Shown: positions 1 to 12,282 of the stretch, piece by piece
Numbering within the stretch: position 1 is the first letter of the stretch
Layout: each line of letters opens with the position of its first letter
Origin: Schizosaccharomyces osmophilus
Lineage: Eukaryota
Direction: 5' to 3'
DNA length: 64,000 nucleotides
NCBI RefSeq assembly: GCF_027921745.1
Contig: NC_079238.1
Location: 4,402,001 to 4,466,000, forward strand
Notes under the pieces: model-generated
The model's database searches: none
Told to the model about the DNA's origin: nothing
What the model saw: the letters and a program-made list of their open reading frames with translations, nothing else
Made by a program: the position numbers and the translations under genes

Positions 1-590
1 ATATTGTCAATGATGGACATATCGTTGACAACTGAAATGACACTAGATATTCCTTGGCACTGAGTTGTTCTCACTACGAGTTCACCAAATTCATCAACTT
101 CTTGGGTGGCAGAAAGACCAAAAACTACATAATCTGAAGCTTTGCAAGCGTCGACGAGACTATAAAAGTTCTTTCCGGGTATCAGAAAGTGCAACTTTTG
201 TTTGAACCGAGTTATCATCGTGCAATATTGATTGGAGTTCTCTTCAATTAAAGGAAGATCAGCCTCAGGATCCACTGAAGCTAACAAGTTTTTAAGGATA
301 CTCCACGGATCAACGTTCGAGCAAAGAGGTACAATAGTAACCACCTTTGGAGCACCATTCTTGCCGCCAAAAATCCGATTATTCATAGCAGTCTCATTTC
401 TTTTATTCAGCTGTATTTGCTTAGCATTGTTTCGTCGATCTGCTTTAGTAGAGGTGTGTTGAATACTTTTTGGACCAGTCCTATTCGGTTCGATGTTATT
501 ACTATAACGCTCCTTTAGAGATGACTTGGAGGCATGCTTAGATTTAAACGGCTTTTTGGGCTTGACATTTGACCTGTGATGATGGGACAT
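1..590 (-). CDS. tsr1: Ribosome biogenesis protein Tsr1 (5' part; runs off the window start)
   Basis: Hand translation from ATG at 590: MSHHHRSNVKPKKPFKSKHASKSSLKERY...RRNNAKQIQLNKR...IFGGKNGAPKVVTIVPLC, the typical Tsr1 N-terminus; absent from the ORF track because it is truncated. Confidence 0.9.
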   Translation of the reverse strand, partial: MSHHHRSNVKPKKPFKSKHASKSSLKERYSNNIEPNRTGPKSIQHTSTKADRRNNAKQIQLNKRNETAMNNRIFGGKNGAPKVVTIVPLCSNVDPWSILKNLLASVDPEADLPLIEENSNQYCTMITRFKQKLHFLIPGKNFYSLVDACKASDYVVFGLSATQEVDEFGELVVRTTQCQGISSVISVVNDMSIIDN

Positions 591-1020
591 CTTCGATTTG
601 TACTGTAAGTGTCAACCGAAAAGCAGGTATATTAGTTAAAAAAAAAAAGCAAATGTTGCCGATTTCAGGAAAAAAAATGCTTTATCCAAGGCAATTAACT
701 TTTACGAGCTTCTCTATAAAATTCCAGATTTTTTACCAAAATCCCCTGGTGTCGTTTTCAGCAAAAAAATATAAAACCAAACCACTTAATTCTTTTGATT
801 CCGATTTCTCTTTATTCAAAAATCGGTTTGCTATTGCTCAAACGAGTGTTACGCCTAAGTGGAGTTTTTGCTGAGGGCAAAGTAAAAAGTGAGATGCGCT
901 TGGAGTTCACATCTTATTTTCATTCTTCCTTTCTTTACTTACAATAAAAATCCCATTTCAGTCTTAGTTTAGCTTTATAAATATTCATAAATATCTAATT
1001 AATAAATAATCACATGGAGA

Positions 1021-3923
1021 TTAATAGGCTTCATAGGGAAGATTCCTATGGACCAAATATTTTTTAGCACAGCCGTAGTGTACGACAGAACCACTAAATT
1101 GTTAGTTATTATAGAAAAAAAAAAATAAAGCAAAGAATACTTACTCGGGAAATATAGAAATAACGCTCTTTCCTAATCGCTTGTGGCAATGTAAACAAGT
1201 CTTTTCTCTTGTTATAACAACTTTTTCTGAACGGATGTGGGAGAGGTCTGCATTTAAATCATTAATCCTTGTTTGGTACAACTTTGATTGTAATTCTTTC
1301 TTATTTTTTTCTTCGTAGAGTTGTCGAAATTGAGAAGACAAAAATGTATGATAAGTTTTCATGCTGGTATCTTTGGGTAACAGAGGAAAAATCCTTTTCA
1401 TTTTCAAGCGAGAGCTATACTTCGTAATAAATGATATTATTCCTTCTGGTTGTTGATTTGCGAGATCTGAAAGGTACATATAATAAGGCTCAGTCTCGCC
1501 AGTGTCCATATAAATAGAATCACAATAACCATTCGCCCCTTTCCAGTCCTTCATTTTATCTAAATATACGTCCAGCGCGTCTCTATGCCTCGATAAATGT
1601 CGATAAAGGATTACCGATGCTTCAAACAAATGATGGTCATTGGGATCGATGTCGTTAAGTATTGCATTCGCATCATATCTTCTTGATTCATTCAAGTGCT
1701 GCATGAATCCTTTTAACACACTTTCAAAACTAGCTGAGAATTTTTTATCGCTGCTCTCCCTCTCTAATTCATGAATTCGACGCAAGTACAGTTGGCCAAG
1801 GCGAGTCGAAAAGGTCTCGAGATCTGTTTTCCCAGAAGCAATTAGATTCTCTAAATAAAAGATGGAAACCTCAGAAGATACGGTCTCAAGGTAATTTAAA
1901 ACTGCACCATGAGATATAGCACTACTCCCGCTTGTATCATTAAGAAATAACCGTATCGAGGCCTTAGGATCATTAATAAGAGGAGTTCTGGCATATTCAA
2001 AGACATATTTCTTATCCTCAGCATTAAGTTTTTGAAGATAGCTAAGGATATCGTCGTATTTAGAGGTTTCCTCTTGAGCCTTAGAGGAGGATAAAGAGGT
2101 TCCCTCTTCGTTAAGTTTTGTCAACAATTTCAGAGCATCGTCATGATCTCTTTTACCAAAATAATAATCAATCAATTCACGAAACATTCCAGCCGACGTT
2201 AAGTTTGCTTCTACGACTGAAGTTTCACAGTGATTAGGTAAACGCAGTAAAGATCCTACAAGGGCCGGAGTAGACACCATATATGTTAAAAATAGTGTAG
2301 TATCAACTTCGACAGCAATATTCTCCAAATCCTTTTTAGATATTATACTTCCATCGTCGTTACGAAAAAGATCTTTTTGGTATGAATGGTAAGTTTCCTC
2401 ATCCCAACTCAAGAAGAGATTTGCTTTCCTTCTTGAATCAGTCAAATATGCACTCAAACTTCGTAGCCGTTTGTTGTTGAAAACCACAGATTTGCTATCA
2501 TCCTGTCCTTGAGAATCGATCTTCGACGTTGGGCGTATACTTGTTTGAGGAGATCCAACCGTTGGCAGGTCTGAAGGAGGAGGGCCAGAAGACAGGATAC
2601 TAAGTGCATCAGAATAATCGTTTTCCACGAGTTTTGGGAAAAGCCTCAAAACAAAAGAGGGAGATTCACATATTTCCGTAAATAATTTCATGGCGGTCTC
2701 ATAGTCACCGGAGGAAAAGGAACGAGAAGCTTTTTCTCTTTTCGTCATACGAAGATAATAATTCCGTTTGGGAAATTTCACATCGTCAATCTGGTCCAAG
2801 ACGCTTATCGCTTCATCAAGTTGATTCGATTGCAACAAGGATTCAATCTGAGAACCGAAATCTTCAGGAACAAGAATCCAAACATAAGAGTTTGACGTAA
2901 AAAATGTATTTTCTTCGCAAGAAAAGGTAGAGGAGATGTTACTAATACCAATTTGTTGGATAAGAGCATGAGTATCCTTATTCCAAACGTAAATGTACTG
3001 TGAATGGAGAGAAACTAAATAAGGTGAATTGTAGATAACAGCTTGTGGGCTTGTAGGCCAAACTAATGGCTGTCTTGAAACATGTAAAGATTTAAGATTA
3101 ACCAGGTAGCCTTGCGTGTCTCTTGACAGTAGAACTTCTTCATCGGAAATTCTTGTAATATGTAAACGATTCAACTTCATAGACATCCCTATGTAACTCA
3201 TGCCGAGTCCTAAAGAAGACGACGGCTGCCAAGGCAGATTCAAAGAGGATGACTGAGATGTTTCAACGTTCACTGCAACAAACTCGTTTGAAAAAGAGAC
3301 AAGTATCATATTTGAGGACATCCATGCTAAAGTACGGGCTCGATCATTAAGGGAGATTGATTTGTCGTGAACAAGTCGATTGGGTGCTTGCCATTTATAA
3401 ATATTTAGATACTTTCTTTCTGCCAGAATAACTTGATTATTTCCGTATAAACACATGTTTTGGCAATAGCTACCAATACTCTGGAGCTTCTCGAACGTTG
3501 ATATTTTATACACATGTATGGAGGAATCTAAAATTAAGTAATAGATTAGCATTTCTTTCGTTAACAATGAAAAGTCTTCGTACCGGATAGAGCGTAGAAA
3601 ATGTCTTTTGAGGTATCACGAATCACTTTTGTGATTGGTTTTTTCGTGAATGCAGAATAAAACTCTACGTGCTCCATAACGAAATCATCTTTGCACATTA
3701 GTTAGGTATAGAAAAAGAATACTAAATACCATTCAAGTTGTCAGCTCCACGATAGATCTTGTACCTATCCAGATCACCATTGCTGTTTGAAACATAAATA
3801 TGTTCGCCTTTCCTCATTAGCTATAGTAATTCAAATGAATTCGACCATACCTAACTCAAAAATACATTCAATTTTAGATTTTGAAAGCTCCAAAACGCGG
3901 AATAGAGAGAAAGATCGATGCAT
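1021..3923 (-). CDS. vam6: HOPS subunit Vam6/Vps39 (multi-exon)
   Basis: 808-aa ORF with CNH-like N-terminus, Vps39 motif VDTTLFLTY...LLRLPNHC and C-terminal C-x2-C-HKRLGKS; 5' exon MHRSFSLFRVLEL at 3923; last exon GSVVHYGCAKK ends at TAA 1021. Confidence 0.9.
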
Positions 3924-4392
3924 CGTCAAAAATCATAAGTAACTATCAGGAAGCAACACAGATGGACCAAGTCAAGTTTCGCATTCAATAGAATAATTTT
4001 ATGAAGGGAATTCACCTTCCTTTATCGTTTAAACTACCAAGCTAGCAAGCAAGTTTGTATAGACGCAGCATGACTTCAAGTGATTCTTTACCGAGCATGA
4101 ATGAAGGGGAAGCGAGCCACACTGGAGTTTCTTAATAAATATAATTAACTGTAGGAAAATTTGCAAGTTTTATGAAACATCTATTTCATAGTGTTTCAAA
4201 ATTGAAAGAACAAAATCAAATGAATTAAAGTGTCAGAAGCTTATGTGGCAGACAAACGTAAAAATATTAGCAAAAGGTGGATATCATATTTCAATTCAAA
4301 ATTAACAAGATAGGATCATATATAGGTAGAACGATCTTTCTTCAAACGTCCTCATTTATTCGTTTAGATTCACGTATATCTATTTTGTTTTT

Positions 4393-4729
4393 CTACTTGG
4401 AAGTTGCAGGCCAATATCCTTCTTCAATCCATCCGGTTTTCAAAACTGCGACCTAGTTACAATTAGTTTCGTGCAAATACAAACTGGTAAGCGCTTTTCA
4501 TGAATATGCTTGTTCATACAATAGTACTTAGTTTCACTGGTCGTTTCAGCTTCTGTTCTTGGTGCACTAGCATTTTGTAGACACTCAAATAAACATCTTT
4601 AGGAATCACCACTTCCTCTAGAGAATACTCGTTCGCGATTTTGTCGTGATCCAACAACCATTCAGAGCGCCTTTTGCACCATTCTTTAACACCAACTTCC
4701 CAATTTTGCGAATTCAGCGTTTCTTGCAT
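4393..4729 (-). CDS. Small conserved protein, DUF4050/Gag1-like family (89 aa, 2 exons)
   Basis: ATG 4729; intron 4453-4519 (GTATGA..CTAAT..TAG); spliced product has W-x2-RR-x2-W and LSTIVAVLKTGWIEEGYWP, matching the family motifs as I recall them. Confidence 0.7.
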
Positions 4730-5204
4730 GGTTCTGGTTAAATATGCGACAGAGCCTACTTTCCCCACATACAAACAAGATTATATGAGGAAAGATCGTG
4801 TTCTTTTATGTATCATAGTGTTGTATTCTGTAGTGATATAGAAATCGTAGTATGTTACTTAAAGTGATATAAACAATTGAACAGGTAAATAAAAAAAAAA
4901 CTAACAAAGCTTATTTATTAAGAATTCCAAATTCAATGACTCTTGATAAAAAATCAATTCTGTTTTATCGTTCTCCTATTTCATACATACTTTTCATTAG
5001 ACTGGGCTTTATTTACTACTAGATGTAGAGAGGTAAATGTCCCACTCAAGGCTTTTGCTAGGAAACATTGATTTTTTCTTTAGAAAAAACAAATAAAATC
5101 AAAAGAAAAAATTGGACCAAAAAAGAGAAGGCCTTGCTACATGTTGTATGTGTATAGGCCAGTACTAGTGAATGTCATTTTTTTTTGTACCATTGCGATC
5201 CTTT

Positions 5205-5227
5205 GTTTTTTTTTTTTTTTTTTTTTT
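5205..5227. repeat. Poly(T) tract
   Basis: Run of more than 20 T in a divergent intergenic region. Confidence 0.85.
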
Positions 5228-5453
5228 ATTCATCATTGCCTTTATGGAAACTGTTGTCTATTTCAGGAATCTACTAATTTCGTCGTACCTTCTTAACAAA
5301 TACTCTTGACATACTTGCTTCCTTCATACATTGTATTTCCAGATACTTTTTCCCTTCTCATAGATATCAAAGAGAAAAATAATCTTTCAGCATTATTTCA
5401 AATACTTGTAATACTTGGGATTTCCCCCAACTATAGACGACAAGCTTCGAATT

Positions 5454-6078
5454 ATGTCGGTAATTACGCATTCTGCAAACGCAGTATCCAAACCACCTTC
5501 ACTGCCTTCAACGCTTGCTCCAGTTCAAGCTTTTCAAGAAAAAACGGATTCCTCTTCTAGTGTGCTCTCATTTTGTTTGTTCCTTTCATATCTGGGCTCT
5601 GTCGCTGGAATATCGGGTTATACGTTGTTAAAGGTATGAAGAGACAATGTTTATTACAAGACTGCTTACTTATTAACATTTAAATTAGTATTATGTTCGT
5701 CCTAGATGGCTCGAATTGCTCGCATTACGACATGCCTATGTGAAACACAACTTAATAAAGTTAGAACATATTTCCGCAAAAGCAATAGATATTGAAAAGG
5801 AAACAGCTAATCTACAAGCAAACCACGACTTATGGATTAGAGCAAAAGTAGCTAAAAGTCGGATATCTACACTAAAAACTATTGCACAAAACAAAGCACA
5901 ACAAATACCAGCAGAAGCATCTCTAAACCTAAGTATACAGGGATTCAAGGACGTTCTGAATGCTAAAGTTGGCGAATTTCTTCCCTTATACAACTCCGAC
6001 AGCTTGTCATCCGATCAAATATCACAATTTCACGATGATCTTTGTAACTACAAAAGGCTTCATCTGTCTATTTCATGA
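5454..6078 (+). CDS. 189-aa single-TM protein, probable Pex17-like peroxin (2 exons)
   Basis: ATG 5454; intron 5634-5688 (GTATGA..TTAAC..TAG) joins two ORF-track ORFs in frame; hydrophobic segment then YTLLKYYVRPRWLELLALRHAY. Confidence 0.7.
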
Positions 6079-6114
6079 AATAATAATTTTTCCAAAAAAC
6101 AGCTATACAATTCA

Positions 6115-7177
6115 TTAAACGCCGATTAAGGATCGATAGTTTGGGGAAGCATCTTGATACTTATTAATAAAATACTCCTCCTTATGCAGTACAAGATATC
6201 TAGATAAATTGTCAGTTAGTAAAAGAGTATAACAATTGTTGCACTTACTGTAAAAACTCCTCGATATATCCTAACAAGCAGTCAATCGATTGTGAGTCCA
6301 TGTTCGTATGGTCAATTAATTCAGGTAAACTAACAAAAAGTCGTATCAGGTGCTCAGCGCCATAAATATCACACATTTCAACTCCAGGATAGTCTCTTCG
6401 AACTTCCATGTATTGCTGCCTTTCAAAACGATAAAGTAGCATGTTTCCAAGGCACTTATTAAAATAAATAACTAGTCCAGCCATTGCTTGCTCAAACACA
6501 TCAACATCAATTTCGTTCGTCAAAGAAGAGATTTTGGATTCCCGGAAAGCAGCAATGGCAGCTCGCACAGTAGGCTTTCGAGGCAACGATATTAGCTGAA
6601 GATGCTTTGTGATATGTTCCCAATCATCTACCAACCAAAGCTTCAAAACATCAGGCACACGGATCTTATGCTTAGGTAATGGAGGTTCTTCATCTACAGA
6701 TTCTTCTTCAACAGCCTTTACTGCCGCGTCTACAGCAGCTTCAGAAACCGCCTCGTTTTTTATAACGTGAGGTACCGGTGAGGCTGATTTTTGGGTTTTC
6801 GTTCTTTGAGGTGTTTCACGAGAGTCACCATCCATCGTAGTAGCGCTAGATTCCCGAGACCGTTTTCCTGTAGGTTTACTGGCTTGACCTGAAGCTTCAC
6901 CACCCTTGGGAATTAAAGAAGCTGCCTTTTTCGCCGCCGCAGATTTTTGTTTAGCTGCCATAGCATTACTCTTTAATTCCTTTTGGGTTTTCAAATTTTC
7001 TTCATTCCACTTTAGTATTCGATCAGGTCCGACCCACTCATCCCAGCTATTTTTCCATCCTCTATAGTGAATCAAGTAGGTTGAGGAATCTTCCTTTTTT
7101 TCTGTGTCTATAATTTTAGCTTCATAAAGCAAAGGTCCATGAAAGCATAACACCCGTTCATTGACTTTATACGACAT
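6115..7177 (-). CDS. alp13: MRG-family chromodomain protein (Eaf3/MRG15 orthologue), Clr6 HDAC subunit
   Basis: [21 protein letters not shown] chromo-barrel; MRG domain ([26 protein letters not shown]); one 3' intron. Confidence 0.95.
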
Positions 7178-7771
7178 GGAAAGAGTAATATCTGGAGAAC
7201 AGCTCGTGGTGGTGAGGTACTCCACAGTACCGCCAAGAAGCAAGAAGAGAAAGACAGCAATATCTCGAAAAGAAACTTTTTAAGATTCAACGGAAAAACT
7301 TGTGGCAGTGAACAAGTTGTTGTCCAGGTTCTGAGTCTATGTTTGACGGAAGCTGGGCTGTTGGAGTGAACTAAATGCTGTACTAGATTAGCTTTGCTGT
7401 CCGTTGAAACGCCCAAAGCGTTAGAAGAAAGATTTATTGTTATATAAATAATTCAAGGTAAGAAATCTAAAAAAAATCTACGATGCAACCAAGCTTCGCT
7501 GTCGTTTAAACAAAAAATCGGTTTATAACTTTGAAAGAGAAAGGGAGAGCTATTCATTATTTCGTGTTACTATATGGTAATCCATTTCATGAAATAGAAA
7601 TGCTGAAACGCAATATGACCGTAAACATACAAAGACAAAAATCGACTACCGATTCTCTTACTTGACTATCGTATTGTAAATTTCAATTTCCAAACGAAAG
7701 ATCTCTGAAAAACAGGGAACTTTTTCCTACCTCTATAGCTGAGCTAACAAGAACATTAGGGGCTTATTTTC

Positions 7772-8386
7772 ATGGAGCATAAAATTCTAAGCGATTTTTT
7801 GCTTTCCCAAGGAACCTTCTCTTCAATCGTTCATCTTCAAGAATGGAAAGAACTTTTCCCTCGTCGTTTTCGCGACGAACCTTTGCTTATTGAGCTTTAT
7901 GACCGATGTGCCAAACAGCAGCAAAAGCGATTAGAGAAAATTAAGGCCAACATTGAGATTGAAAGCCAAGTACTTGGAAAAAATGAGAGAGACCAAATGC
8001 TTCTTGCGAATATTAGAAGGTTCTTTCAAACAGCTGCTTCCCAAGCTTCTGAGCAAGACGAATTTTATACAATGTATGCTGCTAAACCGCTCGACATCGC
8101 GGCTATCAACCAACGTTTGGAGAATGCACTGAAAAGCGTCAAAGCAGAGGTTAGCGTAGAACGCGAGAAATACTCTACATTATCCTCTCAATTAGACGCG
8201 TAAGTAAAGTTTACTCTCCTTCGCTCAACTAACTTATATAGAGAGATTGATTCGCTAAATGACTTAAAATGGTCAAAGGATCCTAGTTTAGAAGAGCCTA
8301 TAACTCTTTTTGATGATTTGATTGAGCAATTGGAGAAGCACTGCAATGGAACATCTTCTACCAGCAATACTGATGAGTTAGACTGA
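7772..8386 (+). CDS. cnl2: Kinetochore protein Cnl2 (Nkp2 family), 2 exons
   Basis: MEHKILSDFLLS...LFP...LIELY N-terminal motif; intron from about 8200 (GTAAGT..CTAAC..TAG); synteny. Confidence 0.75.
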
Positions 8387-9011
8387 TTTTTTCTTACCAA
8401 ATCGCAATATTTTTGAGAAATTTGAACATACGCTCACATAATCTGATTCTTACTTACTAGTGCCAGATATCTACGAAAGCTTTTTTTAAGTAATATCGGT
8501 TGCTGATAATGAATTGTTACACTTTCCCTCAAAAGAGTAGTTTTTCTCTATTACCTTCATTTTTCTTCAACTAATGCTTGAGCTATTCGATTGTCTTCAA
8601 TCTGAGGTTGTGACGAAATCTTACATTTCTTCAAAAAGCGACAACATAGGGCCTACTATTACAACTAAGCTAATGGAATTTATTTATTTGATTTCTTTTC
8701 CTACTTGCAGTTGTATTTTTTCATATCCTTTTTATTTCCTCTCTAACCTAGGAGATATAGCAGGTATCCGAGATCTCTTTTTAAAATCCGTGGACGACTA
8801 TTTGTACTCCAAACCAAGTTCAATTAGAAGGATTTGGAGTTTGAACAATTAAGGAATTCCTTTGAATTGTCCAGCTTAAAACCTGCTTTGTTTATCGTTA
8901 AAAACAGAAGCAAAGCATATCCGATTGTGATTCTTTCGTTGTGCAAAAAAACTTCAATTTCTCATTTGTTTTTATTTTTTTATTTCCTTGTTTTATTCTT
9001 ATTATTGAGCA

Positions 9012-10565
9012 ATGAAGCCGACGGTCAATTATTCGTTGTATTTGGTAACAAGCTCTACGCAAGTAGCTCCAGGATCTAGCTTGGAAAAGCAAGTAGAAGA
9101 AGGAATTATCGGAGGAGTTACTTTGGTTCAACTTCGGGAGAAAGATATTTCCACAAAATTGTTTTTGGAAAGAGCGAAAAATGTTTTGGATATTTGTCGA
9201 AAACATGGCGTGCCACTATTGATTAACGATCGAGTCGACATTGCATTAGCCATTGGCGCTGAAGGAGTTCACATCGGACAAGATGATATGGATTGTAAAA
9301 CAGTTCGCAAAATTTTAGGAGAGGATTCCATAATTGGTGTCTCTACAAATAATATTCACGAAGTCGACTGTGCTGCTGCTGATTGTGCCGATTATGTTGG
9401 GATTGGCTCTATTTACGATACAAGTACCAAAAATGTCAAAGAGCGTATCATTGGTATTACAGGTCTTCGCAAGATATTGGAACACATGTCAAAAATGCCC
9501 CGTCAGCTGAATTCAGTTGCCATTGCTGGTTTAAATGATACTAATATCCAGAGAGTAATGTACCTGAGCGAAGTTAATGGAAAGCGCATTGACGGTATTG
9601 CTTTAGTTTCTGCTATCATGTCATCAAGAACACCTTGCGAAACTGCCAAGAACCTTCGTCATATGATTGAATCCCCTCCTTGTTTCGCTCAAGTCCATTC
9701 CAATATATCAACAGTTCCAGAGTTAGCTGCCCAAGTGGGTCCCTTGTTCGCCAAAACAAAGGATTATACCCCTTTAATTCATCATCTAACGAATGGTGTT
9801 GCCAAAAATTTTTCTGCGAATGTGACTTTAGCTGTCAACGCTTCTCCAACTATGGGAGAAAGTAAGGAAGAGGTTGCTGACTTTGCTAAATTTGCTGGTT
9901 CACTTGTTTTGAACATTGGGACTGTGCAGGATCGAGAGACGCTTATTTATGCTTCTCAAGTCTATAATTCCCTGAACCGACCTATTATTTTGGATCCAGT
10001 AGGTGTTGGTGCAACAAAGTTTCGCACCGATGCCGTTTCAGGATTATTGAACAATGCGTATTTTGATATAATTAAAGGCAACGAAGGCGAAATTATGTGT
10101 ATCGCCGGTGAAGAGGGTCTTATGAGAGGGGTTGATAGTATCTCTCAGCATACTATTAGTTCAAGAACTTCTGCCGTAGAGAAATTAGCTTTGGAACGGC
10201 GCTGCGTTGTCACCATGTCTGGACCGACGGATATCATTAGTGACGGGAAGAGCACTTATATCATTAAAAATGGAACTCCTTTACTAGGAAAAATAACTGC
10301 TTCTGGCTGTTCCTTAGGAAGCGTGATGGGTGTTGCTGTTTCTTTATGCCAAGAAGATAAACTACTTGCCGCAGTTTCTGCGACATTGCTATATAATATT
10401 GCCGGGGAATTAGCAGTTATCGAAAAAAACCCTGTAGTATCTCACACTGCACAAGGTCCTGGAACCTTCGTGCCCGTTTTTATTGACAAGTTGCATTTCC
10501 TTGTCAATCAGTGCATGGAGGGTGACTATAATTGGATGAATTATGCTCGTATTGAAAAACTCTGA
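9012..10565 (+). CDS. thi4: Bifunctional thiamine-phosphate synthase / hydroxyethylthiazole kinase
   Basis: VQLREK, LLINDRVDIA, GVHIGQDD (ThiE domain) fused to PLIHHLTNGV, ILDPVGVGAT, GCSLG (ThiM domain). Confidence 0.95.
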   Translation: MKPTVNYSLYLVTSSTQVAPGSSLEKQVEEGIIGGVTLVQLREKDISTKLFLERAKNVLDICRKHGVPLLINDRVDIALAIGAEGVHIGQDDMDCKTVRKILGEDSIIGVSTNNIHEVDCAAADCADYVGIGSIYDTSTKNVKERIIGITGLRKILEHMSKMPRQLNSVAIAGLNDTNIQRVMYLSEVNGKRIDGIALVSAIMSSRTPCETAKNLRHMIESPPCFAQVHSNISTVPELAAQVGPLFAKTKDYTPLIHHLTNGVAKNFSANVTLAVNASPTMGESKEEVADFAKFAGSLVLNIGTVQDRETLIYASQVYNSLNRPIILDPVGVGATKFRTDAVSGLLNNAYFDIIKGNEGEIMCIAGEEGLMRGVDSISQHTISSRTSAVEKLALERRCVVTMSGPTDIISDGKSTYIIKNGTPLLGKITASGCSLGSVMGVAVSLCQEDKLLAAVSATLLYNIAGELAVIEKNPVVSHTAQGPGTFVPVFIDKLHFLVNQCMEGDYNWMNYARIEKL

Positions 10566-10808
10566 GGGAGAATGTTCTACAAATGTATTGAGAGAAACGA
10601 AAACTTGTATAAGTTTAATATACTAAAAACATTTACGATAAACTTTTAAGCGGGAGAGAATAGAGTTATTTTATTTTTTAACATGAATGAAAACATATCA
10701 TAAACTTTTATCAGTGTTTTAAATCAATGGACACTCTACATCAGCAGAGATCAACTTTTATAATAAAAAACAAAAAGTAGATTTCGGTATACCGAGCTGT
10801 GATCAGAT

Positions 10809-11972
10809 TTACTGAGCAGGCTTGCTCTCACCGGTAGACTTCTTCTTGTTACTCTTTTTCTTCTTGCTAGCGGTGCTAGTCTTCAAAGGAATCTGGAGAA
10901 GGGATTTGATTTCCTGATCCTCAATCTTCTTGTCGGATTGGATGCTGTTGATGGGTTCAGCATTACTAAAGGCGATGGTACCATTCTTGGTTAAAGCAAT
11001 AGTGGAGTAAAACTCAGCAATATAACCACCCTCCTTATCAGTCAAAACATCATAAGGATACAAAAGCTCGTGTTGGGTGCATTCACCAAAAGCCATGTTG
11101 GTTCTGCTGTCTTGGTTGATGTTACGAGTGGAAAAGGGATAAGCACCAAACTTGTTTTGGATTTCAGAATAGACCTTACGGCTGGCTTGAAGCTTCAACA
11201 TATACTTGGTATCATTTTTCTTGTAAATACGGGTAGCAATGTCAGAACGCTTAATTTTTCCACTAGGGGAAGAAGAGACCAAAATATCGACACCATAAAC
11301 TTCACCTTCTTCAAATGTAAAGTTGTCAAATTGTGCACGTTGAGTTTCAGAAGGATTCAAAATGATTTGCTTTTTACCGTCGAGCACATTTCTTTCTTGT
11401 TGGTGAGTGAGCATACCAGAAACAGGCTTGCATCCATAAGTAGTAGCAATTTTATCGACAATGTCAGTGACTTGCCAGTTGTTGTTTCCAGGCTTGATGG
11501 TACGTTGAGCGGCCTTCAAGGCGGCATGAGCAGCAGCAATCACGTCTGCCTTTTGACCACTGATGGTTTCTTCGGAAACGACAAGAGTAGTAGCGACCAA
11601 AGAAGCGAAACCATCAATATGAGCACCCAAGAAAACCTTGACAACATCACCTGCCTTCAAAGTAATGTTGGCTTCGGGGTCACCAGACAAGGGAGACAAG
11701 TGTGCAGCAACTCCATTAGGAGAAACAGCAGTGGGGAAAGCAATACCCTTATAAGAGTCCTTGCCGCGTGCAACCTTACCAACAGCCTCTTCCAAGAGCT
11801 GATCACCGCGAACACAAATGTCGAAGAGCTTAGCTCCCTCTTTGCACAAGTCGACGACCTTGCTCAAGACATTTTGAGAAACTTCACCAGCAAGCTTGTA
11901 CTTGTTAATAGTTTCAGAATTGTTCAAGCTGTAGTCAACAGAAGTCTCTTGCTTAACTTCTTTACCTGACAT
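10809..11972 (-). CDS. cdb4: Curved-DNA-binding protein, PA2G4/Ebp1-like (peptidase M24 fold)
   Basis: KYKLAGEVS, GIAFPTAVS, LGAHIDGF, ELLYPY; Lys-rich C-terminus. Confidence 0.93.
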   Translation of the reverse strand: MSGKEVKQETSVDYSLNNSETINKYKLAGEVSQNVLSKVVDLCKEGAKLFDICVRGDQLLEEAVGKVARGKDSYKGIAFPTAVSPNGVAAHLSPLSGDPEANITLKAGDVVKVFLGAHIDGFASLVATTLVVSEETISGQKADVIAAAHAALKAAQRTIKPGNNNWQVTDIVDKIATTYGCKPVSGMLTHQQERNVLDGKKQIILNPSETQRAQFDNFTFEEGEVYGVDILVSSSPSGKIKRSDIATRIYKKNDTKYMLKLQASRKVYSEIQNKFGAYPFSTRNINQDSRTNMAFGECTQHELLYPYDVLTDKEGGYIAEFYSTIALTKNGTIAFSNAEPINSIQSDKKIEDQEIKSLLQIPLKTSTASKKKKSNKKKSTGESKPAQ

Positions 11973-12282
11973 CTTAAGTGATTTTACGCAAAGATGGGTA
12001 TAAATTTCCAGGAATTTCTCGAGTCAGAATTAGAGTAATTGCAAGTCACAGAAGACATCATCGGTTTTCTGTATAACATTATCTTTAGCGAGTCGCTTAA
12101 AGAAATCGTAAACAGATGGAAAAAAGCATTGCAAGAAAAGAAAGACAAATTCATGTTGAATAGAGGTTTAAGAATTACAAAATGGAAACAGGAATACAAT
12201 CCCATGATAATGCGAATAACTTCAAAAGTATTGATTCACCCATGTAACCGCGATGTATTGAATTCATTGTCGTATTACTTAT

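Noticed and set aside
11070..11969. 299-aa plus-strand ORF
   Set aside because: Codon-register antisense shadow of cdb4; no recognisable motifs
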